The notes beneath the pieces are model-generated. The model searched no databases. It was not told where the DNA came from and saw only the letters and a program-made list of their open reading frames with translations. From Myxococcota bacterium (GTDB lineage: Bacteria; Myxococcota_A; SURF-8), in NCBI GenBank assembly GCA_963674735.2, contig CAXXQS010000002.1, positions 2,308,179 through 2,372,178 of the forward strand: a stretch of 64,000 nt of DNA. Direction: 5' to 3'. A program made the translations under genes and the position numbers. This document shows, piece after piece, positions 48,855 to 58,349 of the stretch; the stretch's first letter is position 1; the number at the start of each line of letters is the position of its first letter.

Positions 48855-49932
48855 CGGGTCGCCGTTGGTGCACAATTTCCTGGGCCAGATGCACCTGCAC
48901 CAGGGCGATATCGGAAAAGCTGAAGAGGAGTTTTCAAAGGCGATCAAAGTCGATCCCAAGTTTTCCGACGCTCGTTATCACCTGGCCAACGCCTATCGTG
49001 ATGAGGGACAATTCGAAAAAGCGATCAAAGAATATGAGGAAGTGCTGAACCTGGACGATAAAAGCGATCGAGCCTATTTCGGTCTTGGTATGACCTACTT
49101 CCTGATGGATAACATCGACAAGTCGATTTCCGAGTTTGAAAAAGCCTTGGCCATCAACGATCGTAACCACATGTATTTCTTCGAGTCGGGACGTGCCTAC
49201 TTCAAGAAAGGCGAGTTCGACAAGGCACGGAAAGCGTTTGAACGCACCTTGACCTTGTCTCCCGGTTATTCCGATGCCAGTTTCTACCTGGGGCGGGTTT
49301 ATCACGAAAAGAAAATGTACGACCGCGCCTACGACTTTTTCGAGCAGGCGATCCAGGCTAACCCCAAAGAGCCAAGCTATTATTACTACTTCGGCTTGAT
49401 GTTCGAGAAACAGGAAAAATACTCCGATGCACTCGAATATCTGGATAAATGTCTGGCGCTTGATAAAAATTATGCTTTGGCCTACCTGCACAAAGGTATT
49501 GCGCTTCGGGCGCAGAACAAGTTTGTGCCAGCCATTAAAATGTTCAAGACTGCTAAAAAGCTTGATTCCGGTATCAATACGGCGCGTATCGAGCTGGGCG
49601 ATTGCTATTTTGAGATGGGCCAATACAAAACCGCCATCAAGTATTTTCGTGAGGCGATCAAGGTCAGTGCAAACAATGCCGAGGCTCATCGCAAGCTAGG
49701 GATGGTGTTTCAGGAGATGCGTAAACCGCGTGAAGCCGTGAAATATCTGCGCAAAGCGGTGGATCTCGATCCCAATGATCCTCAACCCTATCTGGGGTTG
49801 GGCTATGCCCTGAAAGCGCTGCGACGCAAAGGGGAGGCGGTCAAGCAGTTCGAGACCTATCTTGAACTCAACCCGACCGCCATCGATAAAGAGGAAGTGG
49901 AAGATGAGATATTCTGGCTGAAAAATCGCTGA
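48739..49932 (+). CDS. TPR protein, C-terminal fragment of the frameshifted gene
   Basis: About 11 tandem 34-aa TPRs from DNLTKAGEY onward. Confidence 0.85.
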   Translation: MRWTRTACISIPARPCLICGKDNLTKAGEYIQKAKLIDSGSPLVHNFLGQMHLHQGDIGKAEEEFSKAIKVDPKFSDARYHLANAYRDEGQFEKAIKEYEEVLNLDDKSDRAYFGLGMTYFLMDNIDKSISEFEKALAINDRNHMYFFESGRAYFKKGEFDKARKAFERTLTLSPGYSDASFYLGRVYHEKKMYDRAYDFFEQAIQANPKEPSYYYYFGLMFEKQEKYSDALEYLDKCLALDKNYALAYLHKGIALRAQNKFVPAIKMFKTAKKLDSGINTARIELGDCYFEMGQYKTAIKYFREAIKVSANNAEAHRKLGMVFQEMRKPREAVKYLRKAVDLDPNDPQPYLGLGYALKALRRKGEAVKQFETYLELNPTAIDKEEVEDEIFWLKNR

Positions 49933-49956
49933 TTGAGCGCGAAAGCCGATTGACCG

Positions 49957-49986
49957 AGCCCCGGCGAGAGCGTCGGGGCTTTTTTG
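49957..49986 (+). terminator. Rho-independent terminator
   Basis: agccccggcg-agag-cgtcggggct followed by ttttt. Confidence 0.8.
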
Positions 49987-50033
49987 TGCAGGCTGTCCGT
50001 GTCTCGAAAAAATGGAATGTTAAGATTTTTTAA

Positions 50034-50062
50034 TTGCCAACTTCGTATCTATCCGTTACACT
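50034..50062 (+). promoter_or_regulatory. Putative sigma70 promoter of csp, giving a ~200-nt leader
   Basis: TTGCCA-N17-TACACT; long structured 5' UTRs are typical of csp genes. Confidence 0.5.
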
Positions 50063-50264
50063 CGTATTCAGGGTGGAAAAGTGTTTCGATCAAATGTTGT
50101 TTGAAAGATGACAGGGGCGGCACAGCCTTTCGGCGTGTTGTTTCTTGAGACAGTGTTCATTGACAATCGAAAGAGCATGGAAACGGTTTCCAACAGGGGA
50201 AGGAAGCCGGGCAAAGGTGCAGCTTAGGATGTTTGCCGGAAGGCAAGTCGTAAAGGGGGTTCGT

Positions 50265-50513
50265 ATGGAAATGGAAGTTGGGAAGATCAAATGGTTCAAT
50301 GATACCAAGGGGTTTGGATTCATCAAACGCTCCACCGGTGAGGACGTTTTCGTCCACTATACCGCCATCGACGGTGAGGGTTTCCGCTCGCTGTACGAAG
50401 GCCAGGAAGTGGAGTTTGAGTGCACGCAAGGCCCGAAAGGCCTGCTTGCCAAGAAAGTGGTCAAGCTTGATAAACGTAACAGTTCGACCGTAGCCAAGGA
50501 GGCTGTTGCGTAG
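50265..50513 (+). CDS. csp: Cold-shock protein
   Basis: [18 protein letters not shown] and GPKG motifs. Confidence 0.95.
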   Translation: MEMEVGKIKWFNDTKGFGFIKRSTGEDVFVHYTAIDGEGFRSLYEGQEVEFECTQGPKGLLAKKVVKLDKRNSSTVAKEAVA

Positions 50514-50550
50514 CTGAGAAGTTGTAAGCGCCATGCTCTTTCGATCCTAT

Positions 50551-50581
50551 AAGCCCGATGCTTTGCATCGGGCTTTTCGTT
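50551..50581 (+). terminator. Rho-independent terminator after csp
   Basis: aagcccgatgc-ttt-gcatcgggctt followed by a T-rich tail. Confidence 0.8.
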
Positions 50582-50602
50582 TGTAAATGGAGAAAGTGCG
50601 AA

Positions 50603-51130
50603 ATGACGAAAACCCGGCTTCGATACCGCAGTTCATTGGGTGATATGGCGTTACAGCTATCAGACCAGCAATTGGAATCCGTTCATTTCGGTAGAGCGCC
50701 ATCAGACTTGCCACCTTTGCATGAATGTGATCCGGCTCTGGCGAAGTGGTTCGACCGTTATTTTGCGGGTGAGGCCGTCAGACCCGGCGATTTGTCGTTG
50801 CGTTTGGTGGGAACCGCTTTTCAACAGTCTGTTTGGCGCGAGTTGCTGACGGTTCCATGGGGCGAGGTTGTGACTTACGGCGAACTGGCCCATCGTGTGG
50901 GTTGCGGCTCGGCTCGTGCAGTCGGGCAGGCGGTAGGGCGGAATCCCCTGGGGATCGTGGTTCCCTGTCATCGCGTGATTGGAGCTAAGCGTGCTCTAGG
51001 TGGATTTTCCGGAGGTCTTCGGGTTAAGATAGCTTTGCTTGAACGGGAAGGCTGGCGAATCGATACCATGGCTGGACGTTTGCTCGGACGTCGGGTGGAA
51101 GAGCCGTCGACATCGGTGAAAGGAATGTGA
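50603..51130 (+). CDS. ogt: Methylated-DNA-protein-cysteine methyltransferase
   Basis: GTAFQQSVW, TYGELA, RAVG and PCHRV active site. Confidence 0.93.
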   Translation: MTKTRLRYRSSLGDMALQLSDQQLESVHFGRAPSDLPPLHECDPALAKWFDRYFAGEAVRPGDLSLRLVGTAFQQSVWRELLTVPWGEVVTYGELAHRVGCGSARAVGQAVGRNPLGIVVPCHRVIGAKRALGGFSGGLRVKIALLEREGWRIDTMAGRLLGRRVEEPSTSVKGM

Positions 51131-51136
51131 AAACGC

Positions 51137-51994
51137 ATGCTGCAAAGGAATGACCGGAAAGGGCGAAGAGTCTGGCGAGTGAAGGGGTGGCCGGTCCGGC
51201 TCCTTGCGATTCTGCTGCTGATCGTTGCCCTGAGTCACTTCGGGTGGACCGAGGAGGTGTTGGAATCCGTACCGGCTCCCGCAGGTCTGCCGGTCATCAC
51301 CGTATTGTGTGCGCCGGGTTTGCAGGGTTTGGTTGAGCAGGTAGGCAATCGGTTGCGTATGGCTCGCCTGGCCGAACTGCAGGTGAAATCCGCACCGCCG
51401 GAAAGCTTGCTTATGTTGTCGGTTGACAAGAAGCTGAACCCCGACGTCGTTCTGACGGAGGGAAAAGACTTGATCACCCTTTTGGTGCAGCAAGGCTTGG
51501 TCGAGAAGACGGAGCCGGTTGTTCTGGCGGCCGACCGCCTGGTTTTGGTCGCGCGGGTGGAGCCATCCAAACCCGACCCGATCCGGTTGTTGAAAAATGC
51601 CGGTGTGGGTCGTGTGGCGTTGCCCGATCCGGAACGCACCATAGCCGGCGTGCATGCTCAGGCGGCGTTGCGCAAGATCGGTATGGCCAAGGATTTGGCC
51701 TCGCGCCTGGCCATCCATTCCGATGCCGATGCGGCATTGCGGGCGATCGGCAAAGGCGCGGCTGATTTGGCGATTGCTTATCAGAGCGATGTGGTGCGTT
51801 ATCCCGATCTACGTTCGGTGATGGTCTTTCCCGAACGGAGTTATTTACCCATTTTGTATATTGGAGCACGTTTCAAGAATACCCGCCACCCGCAGGCAGC
51901 TCGCTCGTTCTTGATGATGCTTTTAGGGCGCGGTAGCGCCCAAGCGTGGAAGACGGCCGGGTTCAGCCCGCCCCCGCTTAAAGAGGACATGTAG
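51137..51994 (+). CDS. modA: ModA-like substrate-binding protein (divergent)
   Basis: RLVLV, VALPDP, ADLAIAYQSDV, PILY and GF C-terminal pattern. Confidence 0.65.
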   Translation: MLQRNDRKGRRVWRVKGWPVRLLAILLLIVALSHFGWTEEVLESVPAPAGLPVITVLCAPGLQGLVEQVGNRLRMARLAELQVKSAPPESLLMLSVDKKLNPDVVLTEGKDLITLLVQQGLVEKTEPVVLAADRLVLVARVEPSKPDPIRLLKNAGVGRVALPDPERTIAGVHAQAALRKIGMAKDLASRLAIHSDADAALRAIGKGAADLAIAYQSDVVRYPDLRSVMVFPERSYLPILYIGARFKNTRHPQAARSFLMMLLGRGSAQAWKTAGFSPPPLKEDM

Positions 51995-54479
51995 CACCAT
52001 TTGGCCAGCGGGATGTCGACGCGTTTTCACTTTTCAATTCCTGTACAAGACGAAACCCGATATTGACGGCGCACAATTCGCGAGGGGCTCCGGCGCGACA
52101 GGTGCAGCGTGAAAAAATCTCATACATCGACCACGCTCCCCCGCGCACCGTGATGTTGGTGGTGGCCTCATCGACCGTTCCGAGGGTCCAATCGCGCATG
52201 TTGCCCGCCATGCCGAGGATGCCGTAGGGTGAGCGATCAACGGGAAAGGCATCGACCGTGTCTAAATGGGGGAAGTCGTCGAAACTGTCGCGCATGTTGC
52301 AGAAGGAGGGATCGAAGCTGTTGCCCCAGGGGTAGCGTCGTCGGTCCGCACCGCGTGCCGCTTTCTCCCATTCCTCTTCGGTGGGCAGGCGGAAGCGGAA
52401 CCCTTCGCGTTGGCTGCGCCAGACGGCATAAGCCTCTGCGTCGTCGAAAGAAACTCCCAACACCGGCCATCCGGGTTGCCACACATGGCCTTCGGCGTCG
52501 GCCTCGGGAATATGAAAAAGCCCGGCCTCGTCTTCGCGCAGATACCAGGTGCCGGTCTTGGTGTCGCGCGGGGCGTGGCGATGAGCTTCTTCTTGCGTGT
52601 GGTAAGCGCGATCGTTGAGGTACGTGAGATAGTCCGCGACGGTGACGGGATGGCGCGCCAGGGCGAAATCGGGTAGGTCGGCCGTGCGCGCGTTAAAAGC
52701 TCCGAACGTGTCGGGGTCGCCTCCGATCGGGACTGGCCCCGCCGGGATGTGAATGAAGCCCGGTGCAATGTCGGCAACGGGATACAGCCGTACCGACAGA
52801 AGGAGGGTTTCCATGCGTTCGAGGTTAAGCGGCACGATCGCCGGGGCATGATCGGGGAAGGTGAGTGTGAGTTGGTAGGGGCCGTGGGGCAGTCTTAAAA
52901 CGGCGTCTGCCGATGCTGTGACAAGCTTCGGAGGTTCGGGGACCAGTCGTCGGCTTCGCTCGGTCAATCGCGCGATGGCCACCTGTGCGCCCGCCGGATC
53001 GCTTTCGATCGTGATTTGCCCTTCACCTTTGAGCTGTTCGGAGAAGCGGCCGTCGTCCACGCGTCGGAGTTGCGCTTCCCAGGTGATCATGGCCGGAATC
53101 TGTCCCTTGCGTTCGGCTTCCAGGTAACGCGACCAGTATAGTTCGCCCAAACGGGCTTTCGCTTCGCGATTGCTGGGTTCGAGGCGTTCGGCCATCAGGT
53201 ATAGGTTCAACGTTTTGGAAAAGCGCCAGGCCAGATCGCGTTCGGCGGCTTGCAGGCGGTCTTCGAGATTCCACAGCTTGTGGCGTTCTTCTTGACGGTT
53301 GTTTCCGGCGATTTGGGTTCGCAGAATCTGCATTTCGCGTTCGACGGTTTCGCGTTGCGAATCGATGGCCCGATAATGACGCCGTTCCAGATCGCCCAGT
53401 TCGATGTGGTGCAAGGCTTCGCGGTGACGCCGCTCGGAAGCCAGAGTACCCTCGAAGAAAGCCTGGACGGCATTATGCAATTCACGTGCGTCGGTGTAGC
53501 GTTCGTCCGGATCGAAGGTCAATGCGGTCAGGCAGATGTCATCCAATTCCGGGGCGATGTCGCGCTCCGGAGATCGCAAGGCGGGCGGTTCGATATTGCC
53601 GTCCAACACGGCATCGAGGGCTTGAAACACCTCGCGCTCCAAGATGGGCGGCGTTAAGGTGAGGATTTCATACAGCGTGGCTCCCAAGGCGTAAACATCG
53701 GAGCGGCGGTCGGTTTGCGAAACTTTGCCGCGTGCTTGTTCCGGCGGCATATAGGCGGGGGTGCCGACGATATAACCGTCTTCCCGCGAGTCGGGTGGAT
53801 TCAGATCGATGGCCTGCCCATGTTCGGACACGTCGGACCGCACGAGGGCCGCTCCCCAGTCCATAAGCAGAACTTCCCCGTAGTCGCCTAGCATGATGTT
53901 TTCAGGTTTGATGTCGCGATGGATGACGCCGCGCGCATGGGCGAAATCGACCGCTAGGCAGACCTGCATGAAGATGCGCAGGCAATCGAGCAGGCGGAAT
54001 TGCGCGACCGTCTGCGGGTTGTTTCGGGCAAGTCCGGCCAGTACTTGCGCCAGGGAGCGACCGCGAATGCGTTTCATGGCGAAGTACAAACTGCCGTCCG
54101 GCAGGCGGTCGAGGCGGTAGATGGGGACGATATTGGGGTGTTCGAGTTGCCCGGTGATGCGTACTTCGCGCAGCAGATTGGCCAGTGCGCGCGCGTCTGC
54201 GCCGGAGGACGCATGGGGCGACTTGAGGGCGACTTCGCGGCCGATTCCCGAATCGTGCCCTAAAAGAATACGTCCCATGCCGCCGCGTCCGATTTCCTCT
54301 CCCACGGTCAGGTCGAGGGAGAGGGTCGTGAGGTCGGGATTGGGCAACTGCAACTTTGTGTCGCGTCGCGTGTGATCGAGGCTGACGGTCGCCGTGGCGG
54401 GGGCGGCGTCGGGGACGGCCACTTCCAGAAGCGTTTCGCCGAAGGAATCGGCCCCCGGCTTGTTCGTCTCGTCAGCCAT
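51978..54479 (-). CDS. Ser/Thr protein kinase with PEGA and FGE-sulfatase domains
   Basis: GRGGMG, VALK, HRDIKPEN, DWG and GTPAYMPPEQ; ESDPAGA; LPTEEEWEKAARG and GFRLV. Confidence 0.9.
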   Translation of the reverse strand: MADETNKPGADSFGETLLEVAVPDAAPATATVSLDHTRRDTKLQLPNPDLTTLSLDLTVGEEIGRGGMGRILLGHDSGIGREVALKSPHASSGADARALANLLREVRITGQLEHPNIVPIYRLDRLPDGSLYFAMKRIRGRSLAQVLAGLARNNPQTVAQFRLLDCLRIFMQVCLAVDFAHARGVIHRDIKPENIMLGDYGEVLLMDWGAALVRSDVSEHGQAIDLNPPDSREDGYIVGTPAYMPPEQARGKVSQTDRRSDVYALGATLYEILTLTPPILEREVFQALDAVLDGNIEPPALRSPERDIAPELDDICLTALTFDPDERYTDARELHNAVQAFFEGTLASERRHREALHHIELGDLERRHYRAIDSQRETVEREMQILRTQIAGNNRQEERHKLWNLEDRLQAAERDLAWRFSKTLNLYLMAERLEPSNREAKARLGELYWSRYLEAERKGQIPAMITWEAQLRRVDDGRFSEQLKGEGQITIESDPAGAQVAIARLTERSRRLVPEPPKLVTASADAVLRLPHGPYQLTLTFPDHAPAIVPLNLERMETLLLSVRLYPVADIAPGFIHIPAGPVPIGGDPDTFGAFNARTADLPDFALARHPVTVADYLTYLNDRAYHTQEEAHRHAPRDTKTGTWYLREDEAGLFHIPEADAEGHVWQPGWPVLGVSFDDAEAYAVWRSQREGFRFRLPTEEEWEKAARGADRRRYPWGNSFDPSFCNMRDSFDDFPHLDTVDAFPVDRSPYGILGMAGNMRDWTLGTVDEATTNITVRGGAWSMYEIFSRCTCRAGAPRELCAVNIGFRLVQELKSENASTSRWPNGATCPL

Positions 54480-54491
54480 GTTTCGCTCCGG

Positions 54492-55106
54492 TTACGGCAG
54501 TTTGTAGTGGGTGAGTTCCAGCACGACCTGATTGGCGGTGCGGTTCTGGTTGTTTTCCATGCGTGTTTCATTGCGCACCATGCCGACCTTGGGGGCGTAG
54601 ACGATGGTGTTGACCATGCGCACGTTTTTCGAAACGTGGGTGGTCGAGCGCACCACCGCGCAGTGCTCGAATTTCCCGGCCGGGACGGTCACGGTGGCGT
54701 TGTCGTCCATCACTTCGAAGTGTTCGGCCAACTGCGGGGCGACCTGCACGCGCCAACGCTTACCCGTTTCGATCGGGGAAACCAGCAAATAGCGGTTGGG
54801 GTCGCGCAATCCATGGGGGGTGATCATGAGACGGCCACCCTGGTTGTCGACGAAAAAGCCTTCCTTATCCTTGGAAACCACGGTGACGGTCAGCGAGCCG
54901 GTTTCGCCGAGGAAACGGCGTTCGTAGGTCCAGGTGTTTCCCAGATTGAGCGGCATCCATTCACTGATGGCACGCGCGCCGTAGGCATCGGTGCGGTCGC
55001 GCATCGCGGCCGGGCTGGGTTTGACTTCTTTGGAGGCACAACCGGTCACGAGTGCGACAAGTAGAAGTCCGGCCATGAACCATCCGAGGCGAGTACGAGC
55101 GTGCAT
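54492..55106 (-). CDS. Lipoprotein (DUF3108-like)
   Basis: Lipobox VTGC; PL..GNTWTY, VTVPAGKF and YAPKVGMV motifs. Confidence 0.7.
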   Translation of the reverse strand: MHARTRLGWFMAGLLLVALVTGCASKEVKPSPAAMRDRTDAYGARAISEWMPLNLGNTWTYERRFLGETGSLTVTVVSKDKEGFFVDNQGGRLMITPHGLRDPNRYLLVSPIETGKRWRVQVAPQLAEHFEVMDDNATVTVPAGKFEHCAVVRSTTHVSKNVRMVNTIVYAPKVGMVRNETRMENNQNRTANQVVLELTHYKLP

Positions 55107-55128
55107 GCTTTCTCCTTTTCGAGGTAAT

Positions 55129-55830
55129 TTACGCCGTTTCCGGTTCGGGCGGGCGTTGTTTCTTCATCTCGGCGGTGAACACCTCACCGAATCGTTGTGC
55201 GGCGCTTTCAGCTGCTTGTTCGACTGTCCAGTCTATTCCCAGGCGGGCAAGCGAGGTGACGCCGCGATCCGCCAGACCGCAGGGGGTGATCCAGTCGAAA
55301 TGTGTAAGATCGGGATGGATATTGAGGGCGAACCCGTGGGTCGTTACCCGATGCGAGACATGCAGCCCGATGGCGCCGATCTTGTCGGTTCCGATCCACA
55401 CTCCCGGAAGCCCTTCTTCGATCGTTGCGGTTTGCCCGGCATCGGACACGACAGCGATCATCAGGCGTTGCAGTTTGCCCACAAACGCCTCCACTCCACC
55501 AACGCCCAGGCGATCGAGGTGTACGACGGGATAGCCCACCAACTGGCCGGGACCGTGATAGGTGGCCAATCCGCCCCGGTTGCTTCGGATCCGCTCGATT
55601 CCGGCTGCCGCCAGCCTGGCCGTGTCTCCGTGAATATGGGTTTGGCTATCACGCCGACCGGTGGTGATGGTGGGGGGATGTTCGAGCAAAAGCAGCCAGC
55701 CCGCTATCTGCGTTTCGCCCTCACTTGCCAACAGACGTTGCGCCAGGGCGTTTTGCCAATTCCAAGCGGCTTGATAATCTACTTGGCCCAAATAGCTCCA
55801 ATATACGATTGGCATCCCGGATACCCTCAT
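55129..55830 (-). CDS. lipB: Octanoyltransferase LipB
   Basis: LEHPP.ITTG, RGGLATYHGPGQLVGY, KIGAIG, HGFALN and PCG motifs. Confidence 0.95.
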   Translation of the reverse strand: MRVSGMPIVYWSYLGQVDYQAAWNWQNALAQRLLASEGETQIAGWLLLLEHPPTITTGRRDSQTHIHGDTARLAAAGIERIRSNRGGLATYHGPGQLVGYPVVHLDRLGVGGVEAFVGKLQRLMIAVVSDAGQTATIEEGLPGVWIGTDKIGAIGLHVSHRVTTHGFALNIHPDLTHFDWITPCGLADRGVTSLARLGIDWTVEQAAESAAQRFGEVFTAEMKKQRPPEPETA

Positions 55831-56558
55831 TCGCCGCCGTATAAACGCGAAGCGAAGTAGTCGGACAGGCCCGCATTGAGGATTTTCTCTGCTGCCCGGT
55901 CGATATCGTAGGCGACCCGATAAAATTCCACGCGCCGGGTGTCGGTTTGGTAGATGACGAAGCCCGCCCGTGCGTCGTAATCGCGTGGTTGGCCCACCGA
56001 TCCGACGGCGATGATGTATTTGCGGTCTTCGCGCAAGGTCAGATTATCCACCGGAAGTTCGATGGTTTCGGTGGGGGATAGCTGGAACGCACGCCGCAGG
56101 TGCGAATGTCCGACGAAGGTAACGGGCTGCAACAGCTCGTAAAAAGCCTGCATCTGGCGGGCCTGTTCGAGGGTGTAGATATAGTTGAATTCGTGCGGTG
56201 AAATCGGGTCGCCGTGGGTGAAACAAGCCCCGCTTTCCACGCGGAAATAGGGTAGCTCTTTCAGGTAGGTCAGATTGTCATCCGAGAGTTGCGCACGCGT
56301 CCAGTCGAGCGCTTCACGCGCCGCCTCGTAATAGTAGTGGTAGTCCATCTGCCGCGCGACGGCGGCATCGTGATTGCCCATGATGGTGAAATCGGCCAAA
56401 GGACGAACGAGCGTCACGACCGTGTCGGGGTCGGCACCGTAACCGACCAGATCTCCCAAACAGACGATCCGGTCGATTTTCAGGTGGGGAAGCGTGCGCA
56501 AAACCGCCTGCAACGCTTCAAGGTTGCTATGGAGGTCGGAAATTATGCCGATGCGCAT
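55827..56558 (-). CDS. Metallophosphoesterase (calcineurin-like)
   Basis: DLHSN, GDLVGYG, GNHD, HG, GHSH and GSVGQPRD motifs. Confidence 0.9.
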   Translation of the reverse strand: MRIGIISDLHSNLEALQAVLRTLPHLKIDRIVCLGDLVGYGADPDTVVTLVRPLADFTIMGNHDAAVARQMDYHYYYEAAREALDWTRAQLSDDNLTYLKELPYFRVESGACFTHGDPISPHEFNYIYTLEQARQMQAFYELLQPVTFVGHSHLRRAFQLSPTETIELPVDNLTLREDRKYIIAVGSVGQPRDYDARAGFVIYQTDTRRVEFYRVAYDIDRAAEKILNAGLSDYFASRLYGGE

Positions 56559-56642
56559 GCGCTTCCTTTCCATTTCTCCGGGTCGTCGCACTTATGTTCG
56601 GTTGCGCGGTGTCTGGCGAGTTGCGCCGAACGGGAAGACTGC

Positions 56643-57482
56643 TTACTTGAAGGCCTTGCCGAGCAAGTTCCGGCATTCCTTGAGATAAATCACACCGTCG
56701 GCCGGTTCCTCTTGCTTGGGATCGAGGGCCACGCAGGTGTTCAACAAGGCTTTGGCTTCGTCCTTGCGGTCCAATGCCAGATACGTTTCGGCCAAGTAAA
56801 AATGGGTGCGCAATTTATTCGGTGCGGCCTTAAGCGATTGTTCGAGTAGTTTGGCCGAGCGTTTGAGATCCTGCTTGACCGACGGTACTTTGAACCAATA
56901 ACGCCCGTAGGCGCGCGTGGGTCCGCCATATTCGTAATCGGGATCTATTTTAATGGCTTTTTCGACCATTTTCTCATAGTCCCCGGCCAGGCCTTTGAAA
57001 AACGCCTTGAAGGTGCCGATGGCGGTGGAGTACTGGCCCAGGGAAGCGACGCCCCAGAACCAACCCTCGATACGCTGCGGCTTGAGTTTGGCGGCACGTT
57101 CCCCGGCTTCCCAACCCATTTTGCCGTATTTTTCCATCTGATCTTCGTTTGCAGCCAACTCGGCTTTCCAGAAATAACCGCGCGCCAGCCGCCAGACGGT
57201 CTCGAATTCCTCGCCACCCGCCTTTCGGGCTGCATTGGCCAAATCGATGGACCGGTCGATGTTGCCCGCTTTTTGACGGGTGACCCACATCCGATCGGAT
57301 TGCTTGAACAACGCGGCGGGGTCGGGTTTGGCTTCCTGAACGATTTTCTCGGCCGGGGCGGCCTGAACCGGAGCGTTGGCGGCCGGTGCCGTTTTTTCTA
57401 TGGGGGCCGCTTCTTGAGCCTGCGCGAACGATACCGTGAAACACAGAACCACGACGAGAATCAAGATCTTTCTATACGTCAT
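56643..57482 (-). CDS. Secreted TPR protein (TatT-like)
   Basis: Signal peptide AQA; WRLAR, DPDYEYGG..RAYGRY and FYLAETY helical repeats. Confidence 0.7.
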   Translation of the reverse strand: MTYRKILILVVVLCFTVSFAQAQEAAPIEKTAPAANAPVQAAPAEKIVQEAKPDPAALFKQSDRMWVTRQKAGNIDRSIDLANAARKAGGEEFETVWRLARGYFWKAELAANEDQMEKYGKMGWEAGERAAKLKPQRIEGWFWGVASLGQYSTAIGTFKAFFKGLAGDYEKMVEKAIKIDPDYEYGGPTRAYGRYWFKVPSVKQDLKRSAKLLEQSLKAAPNKLRTHFYLAETYLALDRKDEAKALLNTCVALDPKQEEPADGVIYLKECRNLLGKAFK

Positions 57483-57610
57483 ATCTCCGACCTCCTTCCG
57501 GAAACCCCCGCAGATGACGGTGGCTTGTTTGCTGAACGGAGGCATGATAGCAAAAGCGGCCGTGCAAGGTCAAGCCGCCGCCCGTGATCGTGGAAACGGG
57601 AACGCGCAAA

Positions 57611-58216
57611 CTAAAGTATCCCGCAATATTCTTCCTGTTCCTCGATGAGGATGCTTCCTTCATTTTCGCCAAGATCAATCTGGCCTTCCCAGACCAGCCA
57701 GGGGTCGTCGTGGGTGTCGGTGACGAAGCGTTTCAGGCGCAGGTCGAGCGAATCCGCATCGAGATCGGGTAAATCGATGCGCCAATCGAAAAAGCACATG
57801 CAGTCACAGCGCGCGTCTCCATTTTCCGGGGCGTCGCGTTCGAGCAGGGTGTAGACACCGTCGGCTTCGTCGATGCTGATGACGTGGTTGCCGCAGCAGT
57901 TCAGGTAAACGTTGCGGTTGGTGAAGGTGACGCTTTTCGCGTCGGCGTCGTAGATCCACTCCAATACGTCGTCCACTTGGCACATCTCCATATCGTCGCC
58001 ATCCGCCGCCGCGTCGTCGTCGGCGCTATCGGCGTCCGGTTCTTCCACCGCCTTGACGCGTGCCGAAACGTTGCCATCGCTTTCGACGAAACCGCCGCAT
58101 TCACTGACGGCATTGTTGATTCCGATGCCGGGATCATCGTCCGAATCAGAACAAGCCGCTACGATGGAAAAGCATAGAAATATGGCGAGGAGCATCCATC
58201 CCGTCTTGTTTTTCAT
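57611..58216 (-). CDS. Hypothetical Cys-containing lipoprotein
   Basis: Lipobox VAAC; NCCG and CDCMC motifs. Confidence 0.7.
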   Translation of the reverse strand: MKNKTGWMLLAIFLCFSIVAACSDSDDDPGIGINNAVSECGGFVESDGNVSARVKAVEEPDADSADDDAAADGDDMEMCQVDDVLEWIYDADAKSVTFTNRNVYLNCCGNHVISIDEADGVYTLLERDAPENGDARCDCMCFFDWRIDLPDLDADSLDLRLKRFVTDTHDDPWLVWEGQIDLGENEGSILIEEQEEYCGIL

Positions 58217-58349
58217 CTCGATTTCTCCTTTTCAAAGACATGAGTTGCAACGAATACGAGTCTAGCGTATTACAGGCGGGACGGCAAGGTGGGTTTTCGC
58301 TTATTGCGTTATATGCGCGAGAAATTGTTGAAAAACGGTCGAGGATGAA

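Noticed and set aside
50145-50264. N-terminal extension of the cold-shock protein
   Set aside because: An RBS (AAGGGGG) precedes the ATG at 50265/50271; the upstream sequence is better explained as 5' UTR.
36350-52150. Two FGE/C-type-lectin C-termini as possible DGR variable/template regions
   Set aside because: No near-identical repeat pair differing at adenines was seen, and there is no reverse transcriptase in the window.
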